A DNA stretch of 64,000 nucleotides from an uncultured Gemmatimonadales bacterium. GTDB lineage: Bacteria; Gemmatimonadota; Gemmatimonadetes; Longimicrobiales; RSA9. Shown piece by piece: positions 11,143 to 21,301 of this stretch. A model generated the notes under the pieces. It worked only from the letters and a program-made list of their open reading frames with translations. It was not told the DNA's origin and made no database searches. Where the stretch lies: assembly GCA_963783305.1 (NCBI GenBank), contig CAWAMW010000007.1:224001-288000 (forward strand), in the 5' to 3' direction. Within the stretch, counting starts at the first letter, position 1. The number at the start of each line of letters is the position of its first letter. Position numbers and translations under genes: made by a program.

Positions 11143-12245
11143 ACCTGCTCGTCCTCAACTGGCAGGACCGGCTCAACCCCCAGGCCGGAGGTGCGGAGAC
11201 GCATCTCCACGAGATCTTTGGACGTCTGGCCGGGCGCGGCCATCAGGTGACGCTGCTCGTTTCCGGCTGGGCTGGCGCCGCGGCGCGGGACGATGTGGAC
11301 GGGATGGAGGTGCATCGGGCCGGCGGGCGCTATACATTCAGCCTTGCCGCCCCGGCCTACTACCGCGCGCGGCTCCGGACCCGCACGTTCGACGTCATCG
11401 TGGAGGATCTGAACAAGGTTCCGCTGCTGTCGCCGCTCTGGGCCGAGCCGCCGGTGGCGCTGCTGGCGCACCACCTGTTCGGGATCACGGCATTCCAGGA
11501 GGCGTCCCCCCCGCTGGCGGCCGCCACGTGGCTCCTGGAGCGGCCTCTTGGACGGGTGTACCGGTCCGTGCCGACGATGGCGGTGTCGCGGAGCACGGCC
11601 CACGATCTGGGCGAGCGAGGGCTGCCCGAGGAAAGGATCGCCGTGATCCCCAACGGCGTGGACCTGGATCGCTTCACTCCTGCGGCGGAGCGATTCGACG
11701 CTCCCACACTCCTGTACCTGGGGCGGCTCAAGCGGTACAAGCGGGTGGATCTACCGATCCGGGCTGTCGCGGCGCTACGCTCCGAGGGCGTGGACGTGCG
11801 CCTGATCGTGGCCGGGACCGGGGACGCGGCCGAGCCGCTGCGCGCACTGGTTCGCGAGCTGGGCGTGGGTGATGCGGTGGAGTTTCGGGGGTTCGTGAGT
11901 GAGGAGGAGAAACGGGAGCTGTTCCGCCGCGCCTGGGTGCACGTACTGACCTCGCCCAAGGAAGGGTGGGGGATCACGAACCTCGAGGCCGCGGCGTGTG
12001 GGACGCCGACGATCGCCAGCGATTCGCCGGGTCTGCGCGATTCCGTGGTGGACGGGGAGACGGGTTTCCTGGTCCCCCACGGGGACGTGGCGCGGCTCGC
12101 GGACCGGATCCGGTTGTTGATCGGCGATGAGGCGCTTCGTGAGCGGCTGGGCCGGGAGGCTCGCCAGTTCGCCCAGCGCTTCACCTGGGAGGGGGCCGCG
12201 ACCGATACGGAGTCGTTCCTTACGGAGGTTGCTGCTTCCGACTGA
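11139..12245 (+). CDS. Glycosyltransferase family 4
   Basis: GGAE, PNGVD, EGWGITNLEAAACG. Confidence 0.9.
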   Translation: MNLLVLNWQDRLNPQAGGAETHLHEIFGRLAGRGHQVTLLVSGWAGAAARDDVDGMEVHRAGGRYTFSLAAPAYYRARLRTRTFDVIVEDLNKVPLLSPLWAEPPVALLAHHLFGITAFQEASPPLAAATWLLERPLGRVYRSVPTMAVSRSTAHDLGERGLPEERIAVIPNGVDLDRFTPAAERFDAPTLLYLGRLKRYKRVDLPIRAVAALRSEGVDVRLIVAGTGDAAEPLRALVRELGVGDAVEFRGFVSEEEKRELFRRAWVHVLTSPKEGWGITNLEAAACGTPTIASDSPGLRDSVVDGETGFLVPHGDVARLADRIRLLIGDEALRERLGREARQFAQRFTWEGAATDTESFLTEVAASD

Positions 12246-12268
12246 AGCTCATTTAACGGGGGGGGAGC

Positions 12269-12592
12269 ATGGACGTTCGCATCACGACCCGGCACGTAGA
12301 CTTGAGCGAGAGCTTCATGGCGCACGTGGGGGAGCGTACGCGCAAACTCACCAAGTACGAGCCGCGACTGATCGCGGTCGACCTGCTGTTCGATGGCGAT
12401 CACGGCAAGCTCGCGACGGAAGCGCGTGCTACGGTCCCGGGTCGCCCGCCGTCCATCGCACGGGGTGCGGCCGAGGACCCTCGCGCATCCCTGGACGAAG
12501 CGTTGAAGAAGCTGGGTCGGCAGCTCCGCCGCGAGCGGAAGAAGCGGGTGGACCACCAGGCACCTCCGCCTGTGGTGGTGGTCGAGGACTGA
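12269..12592 (+). CDS. raiA: Ribosome hibernation factor HPF/RaiA
   Basis: ITTRHVDL...KKLGRQLRR; lies before hprK. Confidence 0.85.
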   Translation: MDVRITTRHVDLSESFMAHVGERTRKLTKYEPRLIAVDLLFDGDHGKLATEARATVPGRPPSIARGAAEDPRASLDEALKKLGRQLRRERKKRVDHQAPPPVVVVED

Positions 12593-12604
12593 ACCGGAGA
12601 CGCC

Positions 12605-13567
12605 GTGCAGACGAAGCTGACCGTAGAGGAGCTCTACGCCGACAAGCGAGAGGCGCTGGGCATCGAGCTCCTCACACCCAACCTGTCCCTCTCGGGGGCG
12701 ATCGAGGGGCCGAGCCTGTCGAGTCCCGGGCTCATCCTGACCGGGTTCAACGAGAGAATGCCCAAGGGTCGGCTCCAGGTGCTGGGTGAGACGGAGGTGT
12801 CGTACATCCGGTCGCTGGAACCGGACGAGCTGAAGACCGTGCTTTCCCGCCTCTTCGGCCTCAGCATGCCGGCGCTGGTGATCACCAAGGGGCTGAAGGT
12901 GCCCGAGCCTCTGCTGAAGGAAGCGGTGGCCCGGGGCGTGCCGGTGCTGCGCACCTCGCTCAAGACGGGCGACTTCTACCGGCGGCTCCAGCCGTACCTG
13001 GAAGGCATGTTCGCGCCCACCACCACCATGCACGGCTCGCTGGCGGACGTGTATGGTGTGGGGCTGCTCTTCGTCGGCCGGAGCGGGATCGGGAAGAGCG
13101 AGTGTGTGCTGGACCTGGTGGAGCGGGGTCATCGGCTGGTGGCCGACGATCTGGTCTATGTCAGCAAGCGCGGTAACGACGTCCTGATCGCGCGGGGTCA
13201 CGAGCTCCAGCGGCACCACATGGAGATCCGGGGCATCGGGATCATCGATATCCCGGCGCTGTTCGGGATCCGGTCGATCCGGCAGCAGAAGCGGATCGAG
13301 GTGGTGGTTCGGCTCGTGGACTGGAACGAGCGAGAGGCGTACGAGCGGACCGGGCTGGAGTCGGAGCAGATCGACATCCTGGACGTAAACATTCCGCAGG
13401 TGACCGTCCCGCTGAACCCCGGAAAGAACATCACGGTGATCTCCGAAGTGATCGCGATGAACCACCTCCTGAAGTACTCGGGCGTGCATTCTGCCGAGCT
13501 CTTCAATGCGAGTCTGCAGGCGGCGATGCGCCCGGTGCGAGACTACCTCGAGGAGGACTATGAGTGA
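12605..13567 (+). CDS. hprK: HPr kinase/phosphatase
   Basis: HG..GRSGIGKSE, LVADD, MEIRGIGII. Confidence 0.95.
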   Translation: MQTKLTVEELYADKREALGIELLTPNLSLSGAIEGPSLSSPGLILTGFNERMPKGRLQVLGETEVSYIRSLEPDELKTVLSRLFGLSMPALVITKGLKVPEPLLKEAVARGVPVLRTSLKTGDFYRRLQPYLEGMFAPTTTMHGSLADVYGVGLLFVGRSGIGKSECVLDLVERGHRLVADDLVYVSKRGNDVLIARGHELQRHHMEIRGIGIIDIPALFGIRSIRQQKRIEVVVRLVDWNEREAYERTGLESEQIDILDVNIPQVTVPLNPGKNITVISEVIAMNHLLKYSGVHSAELFNASLQAAMRPVRDYLEEDYE

Positions 13568-13955
13568 CGGTGTCCGCGGTATCGTCGTGGCGCACGCAGA
13601 CCTGGCCCGGGCCCTGATCGAGGCGGTGGACCGCATCGTGGGCCTGGAGGATGGCGTGCTCACCGCGGTCAGCAACGAGGGGCTCGGTCCCACCGGAATC
13701 CGCGAGCGACTGGCGGAGGCCGCGGGAAGCGGCCCGGCCGTGGTCTTCACGGATCTGCGGGAGGGCAGCTGCGGCATGGCCGCGCGCCAGATCTGCGTCC
13801 GTGGCGAGCACCAGATCCTGGTCACGGGAGTCAACCTTCCAATGCTTCTCGATTTCGCCATGAACCGACACCGCCCCCTCGACGAGGTGGTGGAGCGGGT
13901 GCTGGACCGGGGCAAGGGCGGGATCCAGCGGGTGCCGGAGCGGCTGCCGTCATGA
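13560..13955 (+). CDS. PTS mannose-family EIIA
   Basis: IVVAH phospho-His, TDL..GS, TGVNLPMLL. Confidence 0.88.
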   Translation: MSDGVRGIVVAHADLARALIEAVDRIVGLEDGVLTAVSNEGLGPTGIRERLAEAAGSGPAVVFTDLREGSCGMAARQICVRGEHQILVTGVNLPMLLDFAMNRHRPLDEVVERVLDRGKGGIQRVPERLPS

Positions 13956-14437
13956 CGGTCGTGCTCTTCCGGATCGATGAGCGCCTGATCCACGGCCAGG
14001 TCGTGCTGGGGTGGGGTGGGCGACTTCATCCGGAGCGCATCGTGGTCGTGGACGACGAGCTGGCGGGCTCTCCGTGGGAGCAGGAGCTCTACACCATGGG
14101 GGTGCCCGTGGGAGTGGAGGCCGGGTTCGCCACCGTGGAGGAGGCGGTGAGGTTGCTTCCCGGCTGGCTTTCGGGGTCCGAACGGGTGGTGCTGTTGACT
14201 CGGGATATCGCCACCATGAACCGGGTCGCCGCGAGCGGTCTGCTGCGGGGCGAGGAGATCAACATCGGCGGCATTCACCACGGACCTGGTCGCAGCCGCG
14301 TGCTGCGGTATGTCTTCCTGAGCGATCAGGAGAGGGAAGGGCTACTCGAGCTGTCGGGGCGCGGCGCCACGGTCGTTGCGCGGGACGTACCGAGCGCCCG
14401 GGGCGTGGGGCTCGACGAACTGGTGGACGGCCCATGA
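13952..14437 (+). CDS. PTS mannose/sorbose-family EIIB
   Basis: RIDERLIHGQV, INIGG. Confidence 0.92.
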   Translation: MTVVLFRIDERLIHGQVVLGWGGRLHPERIVVVDDELAGSPWEQELYTMGVPVGVEAGFATVEEAVRLLPGWLSGSERVVLLTRDIATMNRVAASGLLRGEEINIGGIHHGPGRSRVLRYVFLSDQEREGLLELSGRGATVVARDVPSARGVGLDELVDGP

Positions 14438-15126
14438 TTTCGTGGGTCGTGCTCGGGCTGCTCGGGGGTCTGGTCGGCCTGGACGGGACCTCGTTTCCGC
14501 AGGTGATGATCTCGCGCCCCCTGGTGTCGGGAACGCTCGCGGGCGCCGTTTTCGGTCGGCCCCTGGAGGGTCTCGTGATCGGCTTCATCCTGGAGACCTT
14601 CTCGCTGATCAGCCTGCCGATCGGCGCGGCTCGATACCCGGAGACCGGCACGGCGGCGGTGGCGGCGACCGGGGCGTACATGGCCGCCGTGGGTCCGGGG
14701 CTCGCGGCCGGAGCGGAGCCAGGGGTCGCCGCCGGGGCACTCGTGATCGCGGTGGCGTTCGGCTTCGCATGGGAGTGGGTGGCGGGGGAGACCGTGGTGC
14801 TCCAGCGTCGGAGCAACGGTCAGTTGCTGACGCGGCAGGGGACGTTGGGCGGCGACCAGCTGCAGAGAGCGCATATCTCGGCCATGAGCATGGATTTCGC
14901 CCGGGGCGCCATCGTGGCGTCCACCGGCGCGCTCACCGGGTACGGTCTCCTGTGGGTGCTCGGCGGGGAGTGGGGTCTTCCCCGCACGGCGACACTCGGT
15001 GTTCTCACGCTGCTGGTCGCGACGATGGTGGGCACGACCCTGCCCCTGTTCGGCGGGGCCCGCGCACGACGTATTTCATGGGCGCTGGGCGTCGCGGTGG
15101 GGCTCGCCCTGGTGGTCCTCACGTGA
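14434..15126 (+). CDS. PTS mannose-family EIIC
   Basis: QVMISRPLV, PIGAARYPE; hydrophobic. Confidence 0.85.
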   Translation: MISWVVLGLLGGLVGLDGTSFPQVMISRPLVSGTLAGAVFGRPLEGLVIGFILETFSLISLPIGAARYPETGTAAVAATGAYMAAVGPGLAAGAEPGVAAGALVIAVAFGFAWEWVAGETVVLQRRSNGQLLTRQGTLGGDQLQRAHISAMSMDFARGAIVASTGALTGYGLLWVLGGEWGLPRTATLGVLTLLVATMVGTTLPLFGGARARRISWALGVAVGLALVVLT

Positions 15127-15908
15127 GCGGCACCGGCGACGGCAGCGCTCCGAAGACGGCGGCCGATCGGCGACCCCCGCTCGTCTCGATCCTCTTCCGT
15201 GCGCTGGCGGTGCAGGGGTCCTGGAACTACGAGACACTTGCCGGGACGGGCTTCGCGTTCGTGATCCTGCCGGCGCTCCGGCGGATGCACGGCGGCGACG
15301 AGAAGGCCGTGGAAGAAGCGCTGCGGCGCCACGAGGTGCCGTTCAACAGCCATCCCTACCTGGCGCCACTGGCGATCGGCGCTGTGATACGGATGGAGGA
15401 AGATGCGGAGGACCCGGCGGTAATCGATCGCTTCAAGGCGGCGCTGCGCGGCTCACTCGGCACGCTGGGCGACCAGCTGGTGTGGGCGGGCTGGCGGCCC
15501 GTATGCCTGCTGGCCGCGCTCGTCCTTCTGCTGGTCGGTGTTTCGTGGTGGGGGGCGCTGTTGACGTTCCTCCTGGTATACAACCTGGGTCATGTGGGGA
15601 TGATGTACTGGGGTCTATCGGTGGGACTGTCGGAAGGCCGTGCCGTGGCGGAGCGCCTGCGCGGCACGGTACGGAGCACGCAGCCGAGACTCATGGCCGC
15701 CGGCGCCTTCCTGGCGGGTTTGGTCATGGTGCTGGTGGTGGTGGACGGCGTGCCGGGGCTCCTGTTCGATCCTGGCTGGCTCTGGGCCGTGGCGGCGGTG
15801 GGGTGCGTGGCCGTGGGCGCCCGCTGGGGGGAGAGGGCCCGCCCGTTGGCGGTGGGTGGCGCCGTAGCGCTCGCGGTGATCGGTGTGCTCGCGGGGGTGA
15901 TCAGGTGA
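15123..15908 (+). CDS. PTS mannose-family EIID
   Basis: QGSWNYE, FNSHP, LGTLGDQLVW. Confidence 0.88.
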   Translation: MSGTGDGSAPKTAADRRPPLVSILFRALAVQGSWNYETLAGTGFAFVILPALRRMHGGDEKAVEEALRRHEVPFNSHPYLAPLAIGAVIRMEEDAEDPAVIDRFKAALRGSLGTLGDQLVWAGWRPVCLLAALVLLLVGVSWWGALLTFLLVYNLGHVGMMYWGLSVGLSEGRAVAERLRGTVRSTQPRLMAAGAFLAGLVMVLVVVDGVPGLLFDPGWLWAVAAVGCVAVGARWGERARPLAVGGAVALAVIGVLAGVIR

Positions 15909-16177
15909 GCGAGATCGAGCGCAGCGTCGTGATCCAGAACAAGTACGGTCTGCACGCCCGTCCCGCCGCGGAGTTCGTGAAGGCGGCGCATTCGTTCGAC
16001 TGTGATATCCAGGTCCTCAAGGGCGACCTGGAAGTGAACGGGAAGAGCATAATGGGCATGATGATGCTGGCTGCGGAGCGGGGCGCGGAGATCGTCATCC
16101 GCACGTCGGGACCCGAGGCCGACGCGGCGATGGAGAAGCTCGTGGGGCTCGTCACCAACCGGTTCGGGGAGGAATAG
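15905..16177 (+). CDS. ptsH: Phosphocarrier protein HPr
   Basis: GLHARPAA (His15) and NGKSIMG (regulatory Ser); 90 aa. Confidence 0.95.
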   Translation: MSEIERSVVIQNKYGLHARPAAEFVKAAHSFDCDIQVLKGDLEVNGKSIMGMMMLAAERGAEIVIRTSGPEADAAMEKLVGLVTNRFGEE

Positions 16178-16178
16178 C

Positions 16179-17966
16179 GTGGGCAAGCGACACGTCTGTG
16201 ACGGCACGCCCGCGTCGCCGGGGATCGTAATCGGTCCTGCGCACATCGTGCTGTGGGAGCGCCCGAAGATCCCGCATCACACCATCTCGGTGGACGAGGT
16301 GGAGAGCGAGATTCAGCGGTTCCGGGACTCCCGGGTGGCCACGCGGGAGCGACTCACGGAGATCAAGGAGCGGACCGCCGATCGGCTGGGTCCGGTGGAG
16401 GCGCAGATCTTCGAGCCGCAGCTCATGATGCTCGATGATGCCGACCTGGTGGACGACGTGGAGAGTTATATCCGCGAAAACCACCTGTCGGCGGCGCGTG
16501 CCCTCGAGCTGAGGATGCTGGAGTTCCAGTCCCGCTGGCGTGACACGGGCCACCCCATGGTCATGGACCGGCTGAACGACCTGGTGGACCTCGAGACCCG
16601 GATCGTGCGGCACCTCATGGGCCTGGGCGATCCGGATGGTGTCCTGGAGGGTATAGCGGAGCCGGCGATCCTCGTGGGGCGGGACCTGACGCCCAGCATC
16701 ACCGTTCAGCTCGATCCAAAGCGGGTACTGGGCCTGGCGATGGACGCCGGCACCCGAACCTCCCATTCCGCCATTCTCGCCCGCGCACTGGAGATCCCCG
16801 CGGTGGTGGGACTCTCTGATCTCGCGAGCTCCGTGGAAGAGGGAGACGAGCTGATCCTGGACGGACGCGCCGGTCGGGTCATCGCCTGCCCGGAGGACCG
16901 GGAGCGGAACGTGTACCGGGAGCGGGACATCCAGGCACGGGAGTGGGAGCAGGAGCTGGTGCTGCTCGCGCACCTGGATGCCGTGACGCCGGACCGGCAG
17001 AAGGTGCTGCTCCGCGCCAACATCGACATGCCGGGCGAGGCGCGGAGTGCGCGGGAGCACGGGGCCGAGGGGATTGGACTGTTCCGTACCGAGTTTCTCG
17101 TGGTGGGGCGCCGCTCGCTCCCCGAAGAGGAGGCGCAGTACCAGGCGTATCGGGAGGTCGCCGAGACGTTTCCCACGGAGACGGTCATCATTCGCACGTT
17201 CGATCTGGGTGGCGACAAGTTCCCGCTCTTCCTCAACATGCCACCCGAGGAGAACCCCTATCTTGGATGGCGGGCGATCCGTGTATGTCTCGACATGCCG
17301 GAGCTCTTCCGCACGCACCTCCGGGCCATGCTGAGGGCGACCGTCCACGGTGACCTCCGGATCATGCTGCCCCTGATCAACGACCTGAGCGAGCTCCGGG
17401 AGACGCGTCGCATCCTCGAGGAAGAGGAGGACCGGCTCAACTCCGATGGAATCCCCTTCAACGCGGGGTACAAGCTGGGCGTGATGATCGAGACGCCCGC
17501 GGCCGCGATCTCGGCGCCGCGGCTCGCGCGCTATGCCGATTTCTTCTCCATCGGCACAAACGACCTGACGCAGTACACACTCGCGGTGGATCGCAACAAC
17601 TCGAAGCTCTCCAGCCGCTTCACGCCCTATCATCCCGCCGTGCTCGAGTTGCTGCGGCGAACGGCCGACGCAGGGCGCGGCGCCGGCCTCGAGGTCAGCG
17701 TATGCGGAGAGCTCGCCTCGAGTCCACTGGGCGCGTACCTGCTCCTCGGCCTCGGCATCACCGCCCTCAGTATGGCTCCCACGGCACTTCCGGAGATCAA
17801 GAAGGTGATCCGTACCGTCCCCGCCTCCCACGCCCGCGAGACCGTCGCACGGGCCCTGGACGCGCCCGACGCGGCCACCGTTCGGGACATCCTGAGCGAC
17901 GGACTCGGCGAGTGGCTCGACCTGTCGCTCTTCTCCGGCCGCTGGACCGTGTCCGAGCCGGAGTAG
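16179..17966 (+). CDS. ptsI: PEP-protein phosphotransferase (enzyme I)
   Basis: TSHSAILAR, GIGLFRTEFL, SIGTNDLTQY, VCGE. Confidence 0.95.
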   Translation: MGKRHVCDGTPASPGIVIGPAHIVLWERPKIPHHTISVDEVESEIQRFRDSRVATRERLTEIKERTADRLGPVEAQIFEPQLMMLDDADLVDDVESYIRENHLSAARALELRMLEFQSRWRDTGHPMVMDRLNDLVDLETRIVRHLMGLGDPDGVLEGIAEPAILVGRDLTPSITVQLDPKRVLGLAMDAGTRTSHSAILARALEIPAVVGLSDLASSVEEGDELILDGRAGRVIACPEDRERNVYRERDIQAREWEQELVLLAHLDAVTPDRQKVLLRANIDMPGEARSAREHGAEGIGLFRTEFLVVGRRSLPEEEAQYQAYREVAETFPTETVIIRTFDLGGDKFPLFLNMPPEENPYLGWRAIRVCLDMPELFRTHLRAMLRATVHGDLRIMLPLINDLSELRETRRILEEEEDRLNSDGIPFNAGYKLGVMIETPAAAISAPRLARYADFFSIGTNDLTQYTLAVDRNNSKLSSRFTPYHPAVLELLRRTADAGRGAGLEVSVCGELASSPLGAYLLLGLGITALSMAPTALPEIKKVIRTVPASHARETVARALDAPDAATVRDILSDGLGEWLDLSLFSGRWTVSEPE

Positions 17967-18014
17967 CCCTGGACTGGACTCCCACGGACGCGATCCCCGA
18001 ACCCGAAAGGCCCC

Positions 18015-19190
18015 GTGGCCACACACCTCTTCACATCCGAGTCCGTCACTGAGGGTCATCCGGACAAGCTGGCCGACCAGATCAGTGACAGGATCCTGGA
18101 CGCCGTGCTGGCGCAGGATCCGCAGGGGCGGGTGGCGTGCGAGGTCCTCGTCACCACAGGGCTCGTGATCGTGGCCGGGGAGGTCACCAGCTCCGTTTCG
18201 CCCGACTACGCGGCGCTGGCGCGGGGGGCCATCGCGTCGGTGGGATACACCGACGCGACCTGGGGGATCGCGGCCGACACGTGCGGCGTCATGGTCTCCG
18301 TGGACCGGCAATCGCCGGACATCAGCCAGGGCGTGGACCCGGGCGGCGCCGGGGACCAGGGGATGATGTTCGGCTACGCGGTGGACGAGACGCCCGAGCT
18401 CATGCCGGCGCCGATTCAACTCTCGCACAAGCTGACCGCCCGTCTGGCCGAGGCGCGCCGGGATGGCACGCTGCCGTGGCTCCGGCCGGATGGCAAGGCG
18501 CAGGTCACGGTGGAATACGAGGGCGACCGGGCGATCCGGATCGAGACCGTCGTCGTAAGCACCCAGCACGCAGCGGATGTGACTCTCGACCAGGTCAGGG
18601 AGGGCGTCCTGGAGGAGGTCATCGTGCCGTCGCTCCCGGAGGAGCTCTTCGACCGCGACCACTGCATCTTCCACGTGAATCCCACCGGCCGATTCGTGGT
18701 GGGGGGACCGCATGGCGATGCCGGTCTCACGGGCCGCAAGATCATCGTGGACACTTATGGCGGCGCCGGCCGGCACGGCGGCGGCGCGTTCAGCGGCAAG
18801 GACCCGACGAAGGTCGACCGCTCGGGCGCATACGCCGCGCGCTGGGCGGCCAAGAACGTGGTCGCCGCGGGGATCGCACGCCGCTGCGAGATCCAGCTCG
18901 CCTACGCCATCGGGGTGCCCGAGCCGGTCTCCATTCACGTGGACACCTTCGGCACCGGCCGGGTGGCGGACGAGGCGATCGCACGGGCGCTCCGGCAGGT
19001 CTTCGACTTCCGGCCCCGGGCCATCATCGAGAGCCTCGGACTCGACCAGCCCATCTACCAGCCGACCGCCGCGGGCGGCCACTTCGGCCGCATGCCGGAG
19101 CGCAGGGAGGTGTACGGTCGGAGCGTGCAGCTGTTCCCGTGGGAGCGGGCCGATCGGACGGACGCGCTGCGGGAAGCCATGGGCGAATGA
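18015..19190 (+). CDS. metK: S-adenosylmethionine synthetase
   Basis: [35 protein letters not shown]. Confidence 0.97.
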   Translation: MATHLFTSESVTEGHPDKLADQISDRILDAVLAQDPQGRVACEVLVTTGLVIVAGEVTSSVSPDYAALARGAIASVGYTDATWGIAADTCGVMVSVDRQSPDISQGVDPGGAGDQGMMFGYAVDETPELMPAPIQLSHKLTARLAEARRDGTLPWLRPDGKAQVTVEYEGDRAIRIETVVVSTQHAADVTLDQVREGVLEEVIVPSLPEELFDRDHCIFHVNPTGRFVVGGPHGDAGLTGRKIIVDTYGGAGRHGGGAFSGKDPTKVDRSGAYAARWAAKNVVAAGIARRCEIQLAYAIGVPEPVSIHVDTFGTGRVADEAIARALRQVFDFRPRAIIESLGLDQPIYQPTAAGGHFGRMPERREVYGRSVQLFPWERADRTDALREAMGE

Positions 19191-19297
19191 CCATGGGCAC
19201 CATCGGATTCGATCCTCGATCCTGGCCGCTCCGGTGAACCCGAGGCGGCGAGCGGAGTACCATCAGCCGTGCAAGCATTTCAGCCCGTGAGGTCTCG

Positions 19298-19834
19298 ATG
19301 AAGGAAGTAACCGTGCAGAGCCTCGGCCTCGACCGTAGCTCGAACACCCCCGTCGTCATCCTGCAGGAGAAGGACGGGTCCCGTGTGCTGCCCATCTGGA
19401 TCGGTCCGGGGGAGGCGAGCGCCATCGCGATGGAGCTGGCGGGTATGAACTTCTCACGGCCGCTCACGCACGACCTCATGACGTCGGCCATCCGCGGGCT
19501 CGGCGGCTCGCTCACCCGCGTGCTCATCACTCGGGTGGTGGACAATACGTACTACGCAGAGATGATCATCGCGCGTGACGGCGAGTACTTCAGCCTGGAT
19601 GCCCGGCCTTCAGACTCCATCGCCATGGCCCTTCGGATGGATGCGACCATCTACACGAGCGACGACCTCCTCGAGGACACGTCCATCGAGATCTCGGAGA
19701 ACGCCGACTTCGACGACGAGCCCATCGACCTGGAGTCCGAGCTCTCGGGCGAGGAGGAGGAGCCGCCGCCGGAGGATCTTAAGGAGTACCTGCGGCGGCT
19801 CCACCCTGAGGACTTCGGGCGGTTCACGCCGTGA
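19298..19834 (+). CDS. Bifunctional nuclease family protein (DUF151)
   Basis: LPIWIG..EA, RPLTHDL, DARPSDSIA. Confidence 0.9.
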   Translation: MKEVTVQSLGLDRSSNTPVVILQEKDGSRVLPIWIGPGEASAIAMELAGMNFSRPLTHDLMTSAIRGLGGSLTRVLITRVVDNTYYAEMIIARDGEYFSLDARPSDSIAMALRMDATIYTSDDLLEDTSIEISENADFDDEPIDLESELSGEEEEPPPEDLKEYLRRLHPEDFGRFTP

Positions 19835-20550
19835 TTCACGCCACCCCGTCCGCCCGTGCCGGACGCCTTCTGCGGATCCCGGTGCTGGCCCTGCTGGCTC
19901 TCCTCCCGGCCCTGGCCGGTCCGACGCCCGGTCATGCCCAGGAGCTTACGGGAGTGGCCCTCGGGCCCGATGGGACGCCACTCGCGGACACTCCCGTGGT
20001 CCTGCACCGCGTGGGCGAAGGCGGCGCCGGCTTCATCTCCACCGACACCACCAATGCCGAGGGTGCGTTCCGTTTTGTCCTGGAGGGCGGCGGCGGAGAT
20101 ATCTACTTCGCTGCGCTGCGGTACGAGGGCGGCATGTACATCGGCCCCGCCGTGCAGGCCGGAGGGGAGCCGGTCGCGGGCTACACCCTGCGGGTGGAGC
20201 CAGGAAGCGAGGCGGGCGCCGTGGCCTCCGCCCTGGCCCGGCCGGGCCCGATGCCCGTCGCCGCCCGGCCGTCTGCGCAGACCCGTGCCGCAGGCCGGGC
20301 CGGATCCGACCTGGGCGCGCTCCTCCTGGTGGGACTGCTGGCGATGGCCGCGGCGGCTGCGTTCGTCTACGCGGCGCCCCGCTACCGGGAGCGTCGTACC
20401 CGCGATGCGCTCATCCAGCTGGCCGAGGCGGAGAACGCGCTGGAGGGGACCGGCGAGACCCTTCAGGGCGACGAGGCGAGCGCGCGGGATCGAGCGCATC
20501 TGGAGAGCCAGCGAGCCCGGCTGAGGAAGCAGCTGGCGCCCCGGAGCTGA
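19831..20550 (+). CDS. Exported membrane-anchored protein with a carboxypeptidase-regulatory-like domain
   Basis: Signal peptide, G..L..DGTPL...TTNAEGAFRF, late TM helix, coiled-coil tail. Confidence 0.6.
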   Translation: MIHATPSARAGRLLRIPVLALLALLPALAGPTPGHAQELTGVALGPDGTPLADTPVVLHRVGEGGAGFISTDTTNAEGAFRFVLEGGGGDIYFAALRYEGGMYIGPAVQAGGEPVAGYTLRVEPGSEAGAVASALARPGPMPVAARPSAQTRAAGRAGSDLGALLLVGLLAMAAAAAFVYAAPRYRERRTRDALIQLAEAENALEGTGETLQGDEASARDRAHLESQRARLRKQLAPRS

Positions 20551-20551
20551 C

Positions 20552-21301
20552 ATGCCGCTGGTGACGGTGGACTCGATCGTCCTCCAGGCGTTCCCTTACA
20601 GCGAGACCAGCAAGATCCTCCGGCTGCTGACGGGTCCGCACGGGGTGCAGAGCGTGATCGCGAAGGGTGCCCGCCGGGCGAAGAGCCGCTATGGCGGGAT
20701 CCTCGAGCCGTTCACGGACGGGTCGGCCTCGTTCTACCTGAAGTCGAACCGCGACCTGCACACCCTCCGGGAGTTCGAGCTCCAGCGGCCCCGGCAGGAA
20801 TTGGGGCGCGACCTGGTGCGGTTCGGCGCCGCCTCGCTCATCGCGGAGGTCGTGCTCAGAACGGCCAGTGACCAGGAATCGCCGGAGCTCTTTCAGACGG
20901 TCCGAGCCGCGTTGAATGACCTCCAGTCCGTTCCCGCCGGACAGCTCGAGGCGGTCGCTCTTGCGCATACCTGGACTCTGATCACGATCCTCGGATTCGG
21001 GCCGGCGGTGGACCACTGCGTCCACTGCGGTGGGCCGCTTCCGGAACTGGGGGACCTCTACTTCGATTACGGCGCGGGCGGCTCACTCTGTGGCGAGTGC
21101 GGCGGCGGCGGAGGGGCCGGCCGCGTGCTGCCACAGCGCGCGCGCAGGGACCTGGTCGGGCTGTGCGAAGGACGGATCATGGAGCTGGACCGTACGGCCG
21201 CCCACTGGCAGTTGCTCGCCCGGTTCCTCACCTATCACCTCGTGGACGTGGGCGCGCTCCACTCCCTCGACTTCCTGGCGGCCGCCGTGGCTTCGGAATG
21301 A
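20552..21301 (+). CDS. recO: DNA repair protein RecO
   Basis: YSETSKI, IAKGARR, CxxC...CxxC zinc finger. Confidence 0.93.
   Translation: MPLVTVDSIVLQAFPYSETSKILRLLTGPHGVQSVIAKGARRAKSRYGGILEPFTDGSASFYLKSNRDLHTLREFELQRPRQELGRDLVRFGAASLIAEVVLRTASDQESPELFQTVRAALNDLQSVPAGQLEAVALAHTWTLITILGFGPAVDHCVHCGGPLPELGDLYFDYGAGGSLCGECGGGGGAGRVLPQRARRDLVGLCEGRIMELDRTAAHWQLLARFLTYHLVDVGALHSLDFLAAAVASE

Noticed and set aside
11360..14281. 973-aa minus-strand ORF
   Set aside because: Antisense shadow of GT4-hpf-hprK-PTS in high-GC DNA; no recognisable motifs.
16152..19082. 976-aa minus-strand ORF
   Set aside because: Antisense to ptsI and metK; a codon-bias artefact.
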